A stretch of DNA of 64,000 nt, taken from positions 57,837 to 121,836 of the forward strand of contig JAUCBJ010000785.1 of NCBI GenBank assembly GCA_032718475.1, written 5' to 3'. Below the pieces are notes generated by a model. The model was not told the origin of the DNA. It did no database searches and worked only from the letters and a program-made list of their open reading frames with translations. Each line of letters starts with the position of its first letter. The first letter of the stretch is position 1. The translations under genes and the position numbers were made by a program. Shown piece after piece: positions 1 to 13,065 of the stretch. Origin of the DNA: Nemertoderma westbladi. Taxonomy: Eukaryota; Animalia; Xenacoelomorpha.

Positions 1-252
1 TTAAGCTGTTGTTGGAAATTAGCTTAAATTTTACTGCTATTCCGAAGTCTTTATTGATCCAATTATATTCAAGGTCGTCCGCCCTTGTAATTTCTATCAT
101 TATTGTAGAGTTACGCTGCCATGGTAATGGTCAGTTTTAAACTGCAATTGGGTGGTGCACTCCATACCAACATTACCTTTTATAACAGGTATTATGTATT
201 TTAAATTTTCCTTTTAGAAAAATATATATAACTATGTTACAACTAAACTTAC

Positions 253-356
253 CTTTCCAGCAAACAATCCACACAAAGATACTATAAATAGAATATTGAA
301 GACAGCGCTACCAACTATAGTTCCAACACCAATATCACCTCCAGTAACAAAAACGG
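253..356 (-). CDS. SLC24-A coding exon 4 ([35 protein letters not shown])
   Basis: tgcag acceptor, gtaagt donor; 104 nt, same length as exon 4 of paralogue B. Confidence 0.92.
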
Positions 357-1921
357 CTGCAAAAATAAAGTATACTTTGCTGTAAAAATAATCTGGAATA
401 AAAAAATCAATTACATGATAAAAATATATATGCAAACAATTTACTTATAGTATAAAGATTCGTAATTAATTTAATAATTTATAATTAATTTATTTAATAA
501 AGTTTACTGACCAAATATTGAAGTGAATAGTTCTGGAGCAGAACTACCAGCAGCCATGAAGGTTGCCCCAGCAACATCTGGTTCCAAATTCAAACCTGAA
601 AAGAAAAATTATTTTTATATTATTCAACAAATTATCTAAAAAATGTAACATTAAAGAAATGTACACGAGGCGTGGCATTTTACTTAACTCACTTGTAATA
701 TTTTAAATTAAATATAATACTATTAGTGGTTATGTTCCAAAATTATGCTAATAATATTCAAACATTTGTTATTCACTATTTTTGATGAATTATTAAACAT
801 TATTTATTTCATGGGTGAGATAACGGCGTAGATTGACCACAATCACCAAAAAATAACGGACCGGTACATGTTTTTGCAAAGATCCTGAAATTTTTAGAAT
901 CAGGTTCCTTATTATATTTCAAACTAACATAATAACTAAAAACCAGTAACTAGTAACCTACTCACTAACTTTCACATATCACCTCCAATGTTGGTACAAA
1001 ATAATCGTCACACACAATAGCTAATCCAAGGAACAAGTACATGGAGATTAAACAATGAATGATAACTCCTCCTTGTTTCCGCTCCGTCTGGGTAAAGAAA
1101 TCTTCGGGAAATTCTGCGATCGTTGGGTTGGTACAATTTTTATTCTTTTTACTTTCCGAGTCGCTTTCATTCTGACTAACTAGCGCCTCATCAGCAGCAA
1201 CGAGCAGATTTCGGGAATGGACAGCATCATATCCACCTGCATTAGTGTAAAATTGTAAAGTGAAAAGCGATTTGTAATAGAAAATATAAAATAGTTAATT
1301 AATAAGAAGTCTTCCATCAGTAAGAGTGTCGATAGAGGATAATGATTGAAAGGGGTTATTTATTGCCCTATGTTAATAATTTCTTTGACTATTCAATTCA
1401 ACAATGTGTGATATGTTCCCCTTATTTGGGTGAATTTGTTTTCAAAAACTTAAACTTAAACGTTCAAAAACAGTAAAGCTACCATGACGCTGCCTTGAGA
1501 ATGCATATGAAATCGAGATGAAATCGTGAGTTTATAGGGAGATAGATGTTGTTGTGAAATTTTTTGATGTGCCGACATTTTATTCTCAATGTAGCCTCCA
1601 TGCAGAATTGCAGCACTGCACCCCCCAATATAGATAGAAAAGCCCCACCCTATATGAATATCAAGATTATATTGTTCTACTCTTGAACAACTATTTGTAC
1701 AACTATATTACATCTAGGCTAGGTATATAGATATAATACTTTTGGTGACATTATATACAGATAACTATTAACTCACCTTCAAAGTGTGGTTCAAAGGGGT
1801 GGATTTGTGAGAGTAGAGAAGACAAGGCGCAAACTGCTATGAAATATCCAATAATATATGGAAGCAGTTTGATTCTTTGTCTAGGTCGCCATTTGATTCC
1901 ATTATTGTTAAGATGCCACAT
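253..1921 (-). CDS. SLC24A: K+-dependent Na+/Ca2+ exchanger (SLC24/NCKX family), paralogue A; 5' part, gene continues left of the window
   Basis: Exons 1921-1777, 1236-970, 595-512 and 356-253 have GT/AG boundaries and splice in frame (phases 1,1,1,0). Translation: [27 protein letters not shown]...CTNPTIAEFPEDFF...[85 protein letters not shown], the NCKX alpha-1 repeat. Confidence 0.93.
512..595 (-). CDS. SLC24-A coding exon 3 ([27 protein letters not shown])
   Basis: ttcag acceptor, gtcagt donor; 84 nt; alpha-1 signature. Confidence 0.93.
970..1236 (-). CDS. SLC24-A coding exon 2
   Basis: tgcag acceptor, gttagt donor; encodes FPEDFF...[15 protein letters not shown]. Confidence 0.92.
1777..1921 (-). 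CDS. SLC24-A coding exon 1 (basic residues plus hydrophobic signal/TM0 segment)
   Basis: ATG at 1921; homologous to 21346-21505 ([19 protein letters not shown]...SQIHPFE); gtgagt donor. Confidence 0.8.
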
Positions 1922-2095
1922 ATCTGATGGCTATACGATATGTCCCAACATGGCAAGAAATATGATAGTGAACTGCTTTCCTCCCCCACAGAACATACTA
2001 CTCCACAATATTATTAACTGTCCTTATATATAGTTTTTGTTATAATATTATACTATAATACTTAACTTTAAATAATTTGTATACTGAAGAAAAAA

Positions 2096-2460
2096 TGCAC
2101 TTGAACAACGATTTGATGCTTGATTCTACACAAGACTACAAAGGGCAGCCCTAAACATCAGCTGGAGACAACACATGACAAACGCCGAGCTTTATGGTAC
2201 AATACCACCTGTATCAACCACCCTCCGTGAACGCGATTAATTTTCAGTGGGCACCGCTGGAAAAGTAAAGACGAGGTCATACCAGATCTACTTTTCTGGC
2301 AACAAACTCATGGAAAGCGTAGTCGTGGACGCGACCGGCCATAACATATTGAAAGGGATACTGAACTTGGGAGAAATGAAATTGCGACAACTATGGAGAA
2401 TCGGGAAGCCTGGAAGGATCTCATTTTCTCTGTCCGAGCGGCTGAGCCCACTGAGCGTAG
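2096..2460 (+). mobile_element. RTE-clade LINE, 3' fragment
   Basis: Near-identical to 34066-34430 (e.g. atcagctggagacaacacatgacaaacgccgagc). Confidence 0.88.
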
Positions 2461-2794
2461 GTACTTAGGTAGTAGTTAAATCATTTAATTAAGGACTTGA
2501 GACTAAAACTAATCTACTTTGTATACAGTATAATTTAATAATGCGTTTCTAACTGCCATGCTAGTTTCTTAGAATAGAGATAAATAGTGTAGGTGGTTCG
2601 AACTGCTACTGACAAGGTTGTTATACACTGTAGCTTTAATAATACAATACTTGAGAATTAGACGAGCACAGGAATTACACAGTGCCAAAATAATAGTCAG
2701 CAACGCCAGTTACAGAATCAGCTACAAGATAGAATCAGATCAATTAGTATCAGTATCAATTCAGTATCAATTCAGTATCAATTATCATGAAGGT

Positions 2795-2860
2795 AGACTT
2801 CCGCTGGGACTAGGATTCGAACCATGGACGAGGGGAACACAATCCGAGTGATTACATTAC
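2795..2860 (-). mobile_element. tRNA-derived SINE head fragment
   Basis: B-box GGTTCGAATCC on the minus strand; no complete cloverleaf. Confidence 0.4.
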
Positions 2861-3796
2861 AGTGACAAAATTACTAATCTGAATTAACATAACAGATACA
2901 TAACAACTATAAACTGTAAGCCTAATTAGTATTATTTATCATTTATTTGCTAAAAACTCAATCTATTAAAATTTCATGAGTCATTTAATACACAAATAAT
3001 TTTCTGATAATTGACAGTAAAGCAGTGACACTTTTACAGGTTTCCAGGTATCAGATTGCCTATACATTCTTATACAGTACATACCATAATACTACGACTT
3101 AACGCTATTACTGTTAAATACTAATTTGATACTGTGTAGGCTGCTGCAAGCTTCATTTATTAATATCCTAAACTATTCCTAAAAATATTCTGCAAAATAT
3201 TGCTAGACTCAATTAAGTTTGTTTTTATTTCGTTTCAAATAGACAATTCTGAAAGGAAAAATGTGAAAATTAAATAATGTTTTATCAATAACAATTTGGA
3301 ACATAAATATATTTGCAGAACATTTTGTTTATTATATGATATCATAGATTATAAACATCACAAATTATATTATTATAGATAATTCAGTACAAAGTACAAT
3401 CATTTTTTTTCTAAATCTCGGTATAATATTGTGTGTGTATTGTATTAGGATTATAATATAGCTAAATAGATGGGTCAAATTAGAGGAATACCAACATTTA
3501 ACAACAACATTAATTTATGCAATTTTCTCGGTATCTCAGTGCTAATTGTATTGGAGTTAAACTGAATGTGATTTCTTGAAATGTCTTTTGTACAGTAAAT
3601 TGTTCCATGTGTCAGAAATTTGTTTCCGAATAATATACACCAAAATTTCTCTGTCTAAAATTTACGAAATATGCCGATGTGATGGATATGAGCAGCACGG
3701 CTTTACATTTGGCATCTAACATTAGTTTAAATGATTTCAATACGACAAGAATGTTCAAATTTATCAAAAATACTCAAAGAGTAAGGGGAAGCTAAG

Positions 3797-3868
3797 AACA
3801 TTTCAATACCCCAATGGAACCAAAGCACAGCTGGATTACATCCTTATCAACAAAAAGTGGATGAAAAA
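3797..3868 (+). mobile_element. LINE apurinic endonuclease fragment (RTE-like)
   Basis: Translates TFQYPNGTKAQLDYILINKKW, an APE-domain motif. Confidence 0.6.
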
Positions 3869-4163
3869 CATGATTAATTTGTAAATAAATTTGTTAAAAA
3901 CAGCTCGTTTAACCTAATTGGTACGGGCCACATAATTGAGACTCAAATATGTAACTCATTTTAATTCAGAGCCATAATATTGTATTTAGATACTTCCGAT
4001 TTCATTAAAAAAATAAATTAATTGTGAGAAAGAGATAGATAACAGAAAAAAAAAATCAAAAAATAAATCAAATTAAAAGATGGAACTGAAAAATGGTATG
4101 TAAAAGCTAAAAGCCAGAAACTAAAAATATATTAACTGTGGCCTTTTTCTATTGTAGTTGCTG

Positions 4164-4548
4164 CTAGGTCGAGCGAGCGAACTCGGGCAGTGGAAATGAG
4201 ATCCTTCCAGGCTTCCCGATTCTCCATAGTTGTCGCAATTTCGTTTCTCCCAAGTTCAGTATCCCGTTCAAGTTGATCTATATATGTTATGGCCGGTCGT
4301 CCACGACTACGCTTTACTTGTGTTGGTTGCCAGAAAAGTAGATCTGGTATGACCTCGTCTTTACTTCGTCAACAGTGCCCACTGAATCTTAATCTGCGTT
4401 CACGGAGGGTGGTTGATACAGGTGGTATAATATAGTACCACCATAAAGTTGTCTCCAGCTGATGTTTATGGCTGCCCTTAGTAGTCTTGTGTAGCACCCA
4501 TCAATTTCACCCCCGTAAAAAACTTTCCACTGTTGTGGCTCGAATGAG
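4164..4548 (-). mobile_element. RTE-clade LINE, 3' fragment
   Basis: Reverse complement matches about 34005-34430, with internal deletions. Confidence 0.88.
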
Positions 4549-5752
4549 TTTTAATTTTTACAGTAACTACAGTACGTAACTGTTTGATGATAAAATATTT
4601 TTCATATTTCCTTAAATTAAAAATTATAATTAAATAGAATTATAGTTCTTTCAGTTTATATATCTAAAGATGATAGTTTCAACTAAACTGGGCTAACTAA
4701 AGGAAGATTCAGTTATCAGTCATCTTATAAATAATATTATCATAGCCTGAATTTATTATTAATTGTGATTAAATTTGTTTATTTTTAAAACCTGTAGTTG
4801 TTGTTCAATAACTGCAGCACCGATTACTGCCTAAAGCTAAGAAATTATAAGAGAACCAACCATTTCGCAGTTCCTTTTTTTCCTAATAGCAATAATTCCC
4901 GGCGAGTAAACGCTTGCTATTGGTCGTACAGAGTTTGACAGGTTGGATTTTATCCACTTAGAGGGAAGCAATAAATTATCACAAGAACGGAATTTAAGTA
5001 AGAAAGAGCCCTTAAAAACAACTGGAGACAATATTTACTGATTGGTTGTAATCTCACTCGAAGTAACAACCAATCACTTTAGGGCCTCTATTTTGCAACT
5101 AAAATGCACAGCTATGATTTAATATTTTAATAATATAACCTGCTAAAGACCCTCAATATTACTACCTCTTCATCCGTTCGTTTACTACTATGATTGACTG
5201 ATTAATTAAAATCTAAATCAGGTATAACATTGCATTTAAACTCCTATAAAAAAACTTGTTAATTTAATATTAATATTAATTAATATCAATTAATATTAAT
5301 AATTTAAATAGTTGATAATTCGAATCAGCAGTCAGAAGAGCAGAGCAGAGAGAGACCTGGTCGGAAAATAACCGTACCAAGTACCAACGTGAGATGGAGA
5401 ACTTTCATGTGAGACTTATAAACTTTGCGAAACTCTGCAAAGCAGCTATATAAACATTCGCCAATCGCAATTCCTCTTGTTAACAAACGGATAGCGTTTG
5501 TGTTTAAACAACGCATAGCACTGGGTGCCATGTATAATTATTTTAATCTATCATTTTCTGAAAAATATTTTCCAATATTAAGACAGTTGTAGTTCAGTGG
5601 CAGTCAGTGGGCGCCTGGGATGCTTTCAATGCAATTATGGGTGCTGTCGGGATTTAAAACTATGTATTCAAAAAATTAAGCCTTCTTATACAACTGTTGG
5701 CAAAACAAAACAAATTAGGTGGTGAGCTGGGTGAGTGACTCACATTTTGCAA

Positions 5753-5783
<31 letters not shown>

Positions 5784-6811
5784 TAAACCCACGGGGTTAT
5801 TTTTTTAATTTGTTTTTAAATTTCAAAATATGGTTGAATAATGCGCAAAAAAAAATATACCATCAAATAAGAGAATGACCTAAAGTGAAATTTTTTTTTA
5901 ATTTTATTATATTATTTTTTGACGGACCGTCAAATATAAGGAAAGCGCAGATCTTCTAGCTAAAGGTTTTTCTCTATGGATTTTCAGGGTAGCAGAATCC
6001 ATTTCAAGTCAGTTTCAACATTTGATGACTTACAAATTGTCTGCTTGGCGTCAGGTTGTCGGTTATATTTTGACGGACACACTGACAGACTTACGGACCG
6101 GAACGACGGCGCCAAATTTGAATACTGATATCAGGAATGAAGTCACGGAGCAAGAAAATCCGTATTGGAAATTTTTAAGACAGATAGTATGAATTCCATT
6201 GTTTTGACGGAGAGACTGACTTTAAAACGGAGAGACAGCCATATCTCGAGAAGTAAGACAGATCTTGCTAAACGGTTTTCATAATAGGAATCTTAAATAA
6301 ATTATGCTCCTAGATGAAAGTAAAAAATAAAAATGAAAATTTTAACCAGACGGTGGGTGGGGGTTGGGTTGGGTTAACTCCCTATTTGATATTATCAACC
6401 AAATAGTTCTATTGGAGGTTCTTAATAATTGGATCACCAAAATAATTGGTAACAAACACCAATTTAATTGACTTCCTCACTTCTCTGCTTCATCCCTTCT
6501 GTAGCTTATGGTTGCTTATTAGTTGGGACAATTTCTCATCTATTTTATGTGAATGATTTCTGCTACTTTGGATCGTGTCGGCTCGTGTTATGTGGAGATT
6601 TCCGTATTGGCAAAGTCTACACTCCACACAACCTATCCAGGTTCTCCATGGCAGGGGAAGCCCAATCTGGACTCTAACTGCTGAATATGGTGCAGCAGAT
6701 AATCACCACTCTCATGTATTTTATTGTGATTGATGATAGTAATGTAGAAATTGTTTGTTGTCACGGTAAATCATTTATTATTCAGTTGGTCGGATATTAT
6801 ACCGACTCCAC

Positions 6812-8997
6812 AACAACTATGCTTATTCCCCAGAAGTTAGTTATATTCCCAGTTATTTAACCCGCGGGCAGGAAACAACCCGAGGGCGAAGCCCGAGGGT
6901 GTTCCTGCCCAAGGGTTCTGGGAAAATAACTAACTTATGGGGAATAAGTAAGTTGTTACACATTTATTATGGTATGCATTTCGATTATTTTTGTCCCTTA
7001 ACAACTATTTACAGATTCTAAAAGGGCATTGTTTTGGGGAAGAGTTTACAAAATGGGACTTGGAAAGTTTTGGGGGTGTTTATATTGATTTTGCCCAAGG
7101 GAATTGGAAAATTTTCGGTGTGTTTCACTTTAATTCATTAATTGCATAGGTGTTATTTTGCCCAAGGGAATAATAACACCCAAGCTCCAAGGTAAAATAT
7201 TAACTGTGTCATGTGTGTTGTATAGCTCTAGGCTTAATTCATCCAATCGCCGTAAGATTCGATCATCAAAAAAGCACCTGAATTTGTTAGTGAAAATTGA
7301 TGTAAACTTATTTAAATGGTTTACATTCTAAAATTCCTATTTTCTTACATTGGCCGCTAGGAGTAACATTGCATAAACTTCAAATTGGATATATAACTAA
7401 GTTGGCTGAATTAATTGATTAGTATTTTTGGTGGACATGTCATGTATCCACTACCCACAGAAGGGGGGTGTATATCGTTCACATTAAATACATTTATTAG
7501 TATAAATAATTATTTAGTACTTAGGAAAATGTTAATTAATTTAATGGTTCTGGAATATATGAAGTTTATTAAGAATATATATTATATGTATATGAATAAA
7601 TATTAATATATATATATATTACTTACTATTGAGTTTCGGATTTTGCTCAAACTCCTTGGAAAGCTACAAACATTTTCTATTTCGAAGCTCTTTCAACACA
7701 TGTAATAAAGTTTAAGAAATTCCACGAAAAATATTTTCACATTTACATTTTTCGCCGGGAAAAGTAAGTTCAATGCAATCCTAGGCCTACTGTATGATTA
7801 ACTATTATTCCCTAGGGAAAAAAGTAGGAACTTCTTTTTCTCCACATTTTGAGCTATATTTGAGCTAACTAAATAGTAACATTATAAGAATAACATTAAT
7901 ATTCCCATAGTAAAGGGTTGTTATGCCAGTTTTAAAAGAATGATGTCACTTAGAGTCGACCAACAACACCTATCTCCGCTCCACTATATCAAAGTATGGT
8001 CTAGAAAATGTAGTTTTGGCTAAGAACTCCATAAAAGTAAAGTAAAGTTATATTCAAACGTGTAAGAAGAAACACCCGGGCAACAACCCAAAGGCTCCAT
8101 TCTCTTGGCTATTATCTGTAACGCAGGAAAGGCACCACACCACTCCCAAGGTCGAGTACTCTGGTTATCTAACCATATTCTTTACTCCTTAACTCATGAC
8201 AGGTTGCCATTAGCCTACAGTACAACTGGAAGCTAGCAACAATTTGGCTGTTCTGGGGCTTGAACACCAGACCTTCTGCTTAGAAGACCGGTTAATACTT
8301 TTTTTTACTCTACTTTAATATTAAAACGTTTCAATGTCTGTATTAAAAAGGAAAAGGCAGAAAGGGGCGAACGTATTTGAACGACATTCTTAGATATCTT
8401 TTTTTAACATTTAGGAGGAAGGAACTGGAGAAACGCCTCACTGCAGTACGAGGTAGTACGGTACCTTGCAGCCTATATAAATACAGGCCAAACTAGACCT
8501 ACCTGCAGGGCTGCAGGCTGCAGACCTGGTACGGTGAGACTCTGGACTGTGACACTATGTAGGCCTACTGTACCGGTACCTCTTAATTTGTTGTGGAAAT
8601 TGAAAGTTTTGTCATAGGTCAGTTCCGTCAGTATAAGTCGTCATTATGAGTATGACAATGAGGTGATTAATGAGACATAAATAGGCCTTGCTGTCTAGTG
8701 GAGCACAGCCCAATAATAATGAAACATGAAATACAAAACGCCCAATAATAATGAAACATGAAGTACAAAACTAGTTGGTGGTCTGAATACCTGATTTACA
8801 CCTGATGTGACACACAACAGACCTAAGACGAGTACAGCAGCATTACCGGTTCCTATGTTTGTATGTCAGTAGTATGTGGTGTCACGATAAACACTTCACT
8901 ACTAAGAGGGAATAACATGGTTATTTTGCCCTAGGGCAAAATAACTCTTTGCGCCGTCGCCAAGCATTAGGGATAGTTATCATTCCGCTAATAAATG
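6812..8997. mobile_element. Non-autonomous fold-back/HINE-like DNA element, split by the LTR element (other end at 20916-20924)
   Basis: ~145-bp imperfect palindrome at 6812-6957. The 18-bp gttgttacacatttatta (6952-6969) is the exact inverted copy of taataaatg|tgtaacaac, rebuilt across the LTR insertion. Recurring ttattttgccc(t/a)agggca-type palindromic units. Confidence 0.6.
8030..8295 (-). mobile_element. tRNA-derived SINE
   Basis: B-box-like GGTGTTCAAGCCC on the minus strand near 8255-8270; (TTTAC)n-like tail at 8033-8050. Confidence 0.45.
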
Positions 8998-10158
8998 TGT
9001 TCGCGCTTTTAGACTTTTAGCAGTTTAACCCGCTAATTTTAGGTGTCTTCTAATTTATAAATCGACTTTAGCCTACGACAATTTAGTATTACTGAAATAA
9101 CATTAGCCGAAGCCAGTCTATGCGCGACCATTCACCCACTGTTAAGGGAGACTGGATTCGGATGCTTTGACTTATTATTGCGTTGTAGACCTACTGTATT
9201 ACTCGATTGATCGTTACTATATAATCTCTGACAATATATTTACTTTCGGGGAAATATTAACAGTTCCTTTAGGACGTGGCGCTTTAAGTATAAAACAGAG
9301 TTATGACTTATACTAATCACAACTAGATGTCTATTGATTTACATAAAAGGCGCAGTCTTTAGGAGATGCTTTATTACCAGTCACATCACCACAAACAACT
9401 TCACACTGCTTCACACTTATCTGCCGACAGTTACTGAATTTGATCATATATAAGGAAGATAGCAACATGACACCTGTGGGGATTATGAAATAGCATTTAA
9501 TTCACACAAAACCCACTATAATGTAAGTCGCAATTGCTACCAGTAACCTGTCCTCTAACCTTCAGTAATCAATAAGATTGGGGTTTTTTGGGTTCTTTAT
9601 CGGTATTCGTCAAATATAACAATATATCCATCAACAGATATAACCATTAATAACAGACAGTAAAATAATGCAGTAATTGATTTGGTGCCGACGGATTTGT
9701 GCACCGGTGAGTCAGTACCGGTAATAGTTTATGTTTCGATAATCAAAGGCATCTAATGTTCTGGCCAAAGTCTGAAACTTCTACGGAAGTACAGAAGAAT
9801 CCTAAGCCGGTGTTCTGGCTTAGAAAGATAAACACAATTACTACTGACATACACAGACTTGCTCGGTTTACATAGCTCTTTTCCAAGAAAAAATGAAAAT
9901 TGCTCTGATTGGCTGAGCCTAGCTGAGCCGAACAAAGAACCCAGAGCACAAGGGAAAGTTCCACATCAGGAAATCAACTGACAGATTTCGTCATTTGAAC
10001 TACACTGTATTAAGAGTATTTTGACGCATTGCGGCATAAAATGGCTTGTTATGTCCGCTAAGTACACATACAGAAAAACGGCTTTTTATGTCCACTAAAA
10101 ACAACTACAGAGTACTTTGCGGGAAAAATGACTAGCCATAGCCGCAAAAGCTTTTACA
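8998..10158 (-). repeat. 3' LTR of the BEL/Pao element
   Basis: Direct repeat of 19750-20910 with ~22 substitutions by eye (~98% identity); short purine tract GGGAGCGG adjacent on the minus strand. Confidence 0.95.
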
Positions 10159-10236
10159 CCGCTCCCAGAAAATGGGATTTAATTCTATAAAATATAAAAA
10201 ATCACAGTTTCTAAAATATAAAAATACTCTAAACAG

Positions 10237-11209
10237 TTAGTCTTTCTTGCGTGGACGGCGTTTACGCAGTTTTTTTGAGGCTAGCAAGAGTCCTTTTCTC
10301 TTTGGGGCGAGCCACTTTACTAAGAGGGCTATAACTCCTGGGTGAAGGGTGCAATACAATTGCATCAGAAGGTTTAGGGTTACGGTCGGTGTCTCGTCCA
10401 ATTCGATATGCTTCTCCTCGAGCTGATTTTCCTCCGCTTGTCGTTGGATGCGTTCGTCCAAAACTCTCACGGAGAATAGGGTCGTCCAAGTTCGATAACT
10501 TCTTAGAGATTCTGGATTTCCCGATCGAACTGAGATAAAGCTAATTCGTTTACCGCTTGGACTTGCTGCTGCAATTTACGTTTATCTGAACAAACGTAGG
10601 TTCCTTTTCTGATCTTTTTTAGAATAGCGTCTAACGCGTTTCGTACAACGCTCTCCTCCACCTTGGTGACGGGTTGTATCGGGGTTGTTTGAGTTCTATC
10701 ATAGGGTCATGATGTATACCTTGAGGATATCGAGTTTCTAGATTTTGTTGACTGGCAAAATTGAGATATGTTTCTCTCAAGAATTCCAGATATTCGTTGA
10801 AGTTACTGCGTTTATCCGGCTCTTCAACGTCTTCTCATTCGAGTCGTTTTCGAATAGAATTCTCATGTTCGATTCTCGGTTTATCATTCCACCTCCGCTG
10901 GGTATGATATTTAAATAGAACCATTTCCATTTTGGTGTCTATATCGTCCATATCGTGTAAATCGATAGGATGACCAGTTGTTAAGAAGTCTATATACGTA
11001 CCATTACGATGCGTATGGCGAGCGGTGAATTTTCTATAGCCCAATTCACGCGTGAGTTGTTCCTTGGACATTGGCGGTTCGATATAACAACAATCGTCCT
11101 CCGTAGTAGCTGGACTAGCATCGCCGCGTATTAAGCTATCAATAAACGCTTGCAACGGTAGGGTATATCGCTCCCTGATACCAAGATCATCTTCTTTCAA
11201 CTCAGTCAT
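10237..11209 (-). pseudogene. Disrupted extra ORF (~320 codons, charged, unknown function) in the 3' region of the BEL element
   Basis: ORF pieces 10835-11209 and 10237-10470 are joined by coding-like sequence with stops and frameshifts; no hydrophobic TM segment seen. Confidence 0.5.
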
Positions 11210-11858
11210 CGTTGCTATATGAGTTTATCAATATTATAATTAATTATAATTAGGCTAGCAGTCGTTGCTGCCTACCCCTCAATGCCCCCGGACAGCGCAA
11301 GATCCTCAGCGCTGATATACTGTCGCCGCCGTGTCTATCGCCAACGTAGTAGCTACACAACGACAACAATACTCAGCGCGAGTCACTCCACTGTCCGTCC
11401 CAAGGCCCAAGATTTACTTCAGGTTCTTGCTACAGAGGTAGGGCTACTTTCACAACTGCGACTCGCTACTGTAAACACACCTTAGTAGTAACATTCACCT
11501 ATAAAAGCACAAATTCCACGCAACTGTCACAAATTGTACACATTCTGTCACACATTCGGGTCATTTGTTCGTTAGTCAAGTGCCTTCCAGAATGTCACGT
11601 TATCATTATGTATCTCTGGATACTAGCAGTGTGCTATCTATTCCGTATGCTATTCAATGGGCAAGCTTTTATTGTTCTTTTAACTCGCTTCTAATTCTAG
11701 CGTGGCTGTTGCTGTGGTGACATTATGGAAAGCTAGCAGTAGAATTAGGGTAATTCTCATGCATACAGATCTGGGATGCTATTTAATAGTAATTCTTTAA
11801 TTGTCAATATTCCCCTTTATATATGATTTTATGAATTTTATCGGCTATTGACTATATT

Positions 11859-12245
11859 ATATATTGGAGATTTTCTCACACTCATATACTTAATAGGGTG
11901 AATCTCCGCTCCCATGATCTATTAATTAATGGAATTTTGGGAATGCTATAAATTGTATAAAATAACAATTTATCGAATTCATGAGAGGACATGAATTTAA
12001 ATTTATTTCCGTAAAATTTATTATTTATCACTAAAATAGACACAATTTAATTGACTAGATATTGGAGATTCTCGCACACTAATATACTTAATAGGGTGAA
12101 TCTCGGCTCCCATGATTTATTAATTAATGGAATTTTGGGAATGTTATAAATTGTATAAAATAACAATTTATTAAATTCACGAGAGGATATGAATTTAAAT
12201 TTATTCCCGTAAATTTTATTATTTAATATTAAATAGACACAATTT
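11859..12245. repeat. ~199-bp tandem duplication inside the LTR element
   Basis: atattggagatt...taatagggtgaatctc...aaatagacacaattt occurs at ~11860 and ~12059; a second ~110-bp duplication lies at ~12245 and ~12415. Confidence 0.8.
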
Positions 12246-13065
12246 TATTCCAGAGCATGTCTGGGAACTAGGATTCTTAATTCTAGGACATTTGTCTTTT
12301 TAAGAATATCGGTAAGTTCTACGATATCTTAATCGACTAGAATTTTTAAAGGATAGGAATTTTGACAGATTTTTATAAATATTAAATAATTAATATTTAA
12401 GATGGGCACCGAATTATTCCAGAACTTGTCTGGGGACGTTAACCACTGATTCTAGAATTTTGTCTTTCAAGTATATCGGTGGGTGCCGCGATATCTTAAT
12501 CGACTAGAATTACAAATGGTCAAAGGGTTTAACAGATTTATTTTGCGTTTCACGCTACTGTTAAAGGGACATCACGCTACTATATGTATTATTTTAATAT
12601 ATGGTAAGAGAGCAATATCGCACGAAGCAATGTCAGTGAGAAGAGGCAAGTCGTTCCCAAGGTCTACCCAGAGCTTGGTTTAGCCGAGACACGAGGATCT
12701 GAACTTTGCATTCCTAATACTTTGCCTACCAATAATACTTGAATATAGTAGGAGCTTTATTGTACTTTAATAAGTACGGAGATGTCATCTTACTGTAGTC
12801 ACGTATTTGTAATATGATACTGACAGTAAGGAAAGAGAAAAAGAATTATTTCTCGCCGTTGCACTAAATATATATTATGAGTAAATTAAGTAATAAAACT
12901 AATATATATATGGCACTAGTCTACTAAATAATCGCTAAAATAACATTCTACTAAATAAAATTAAAGAAAACGATTATAATAAAATTACATAATAATACAT
13001 ACATAAATATAAAATAATAAAAACAAATATAAAATAATATAGTCACACACCCACTCCGTATGTTA

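Noticed and set aside
5757-5783. Long G/C homopolymers (also 21659-21678, 35488-35509, 42450-42471, 50533-50551) as functional G-quadruplexes
   Set aside because: Several sit in or next to repeat elements, and homopolymer lengths are error-prone; nothing in the sequence indicates a function.
9743-9964. Duplicated 73-aa ORF with a signal-peptide-like start (also 20495-20716)
   Set aside because: Lies in the LTR promoter region and has a non-ATG start; it is duplicated only because the LTR is.
10237-11209. env gene
   Set aside because: No signal peptide, fusion-protein cysteine pattern or TM anchor visible; kept only as an unknown accessory ORF.
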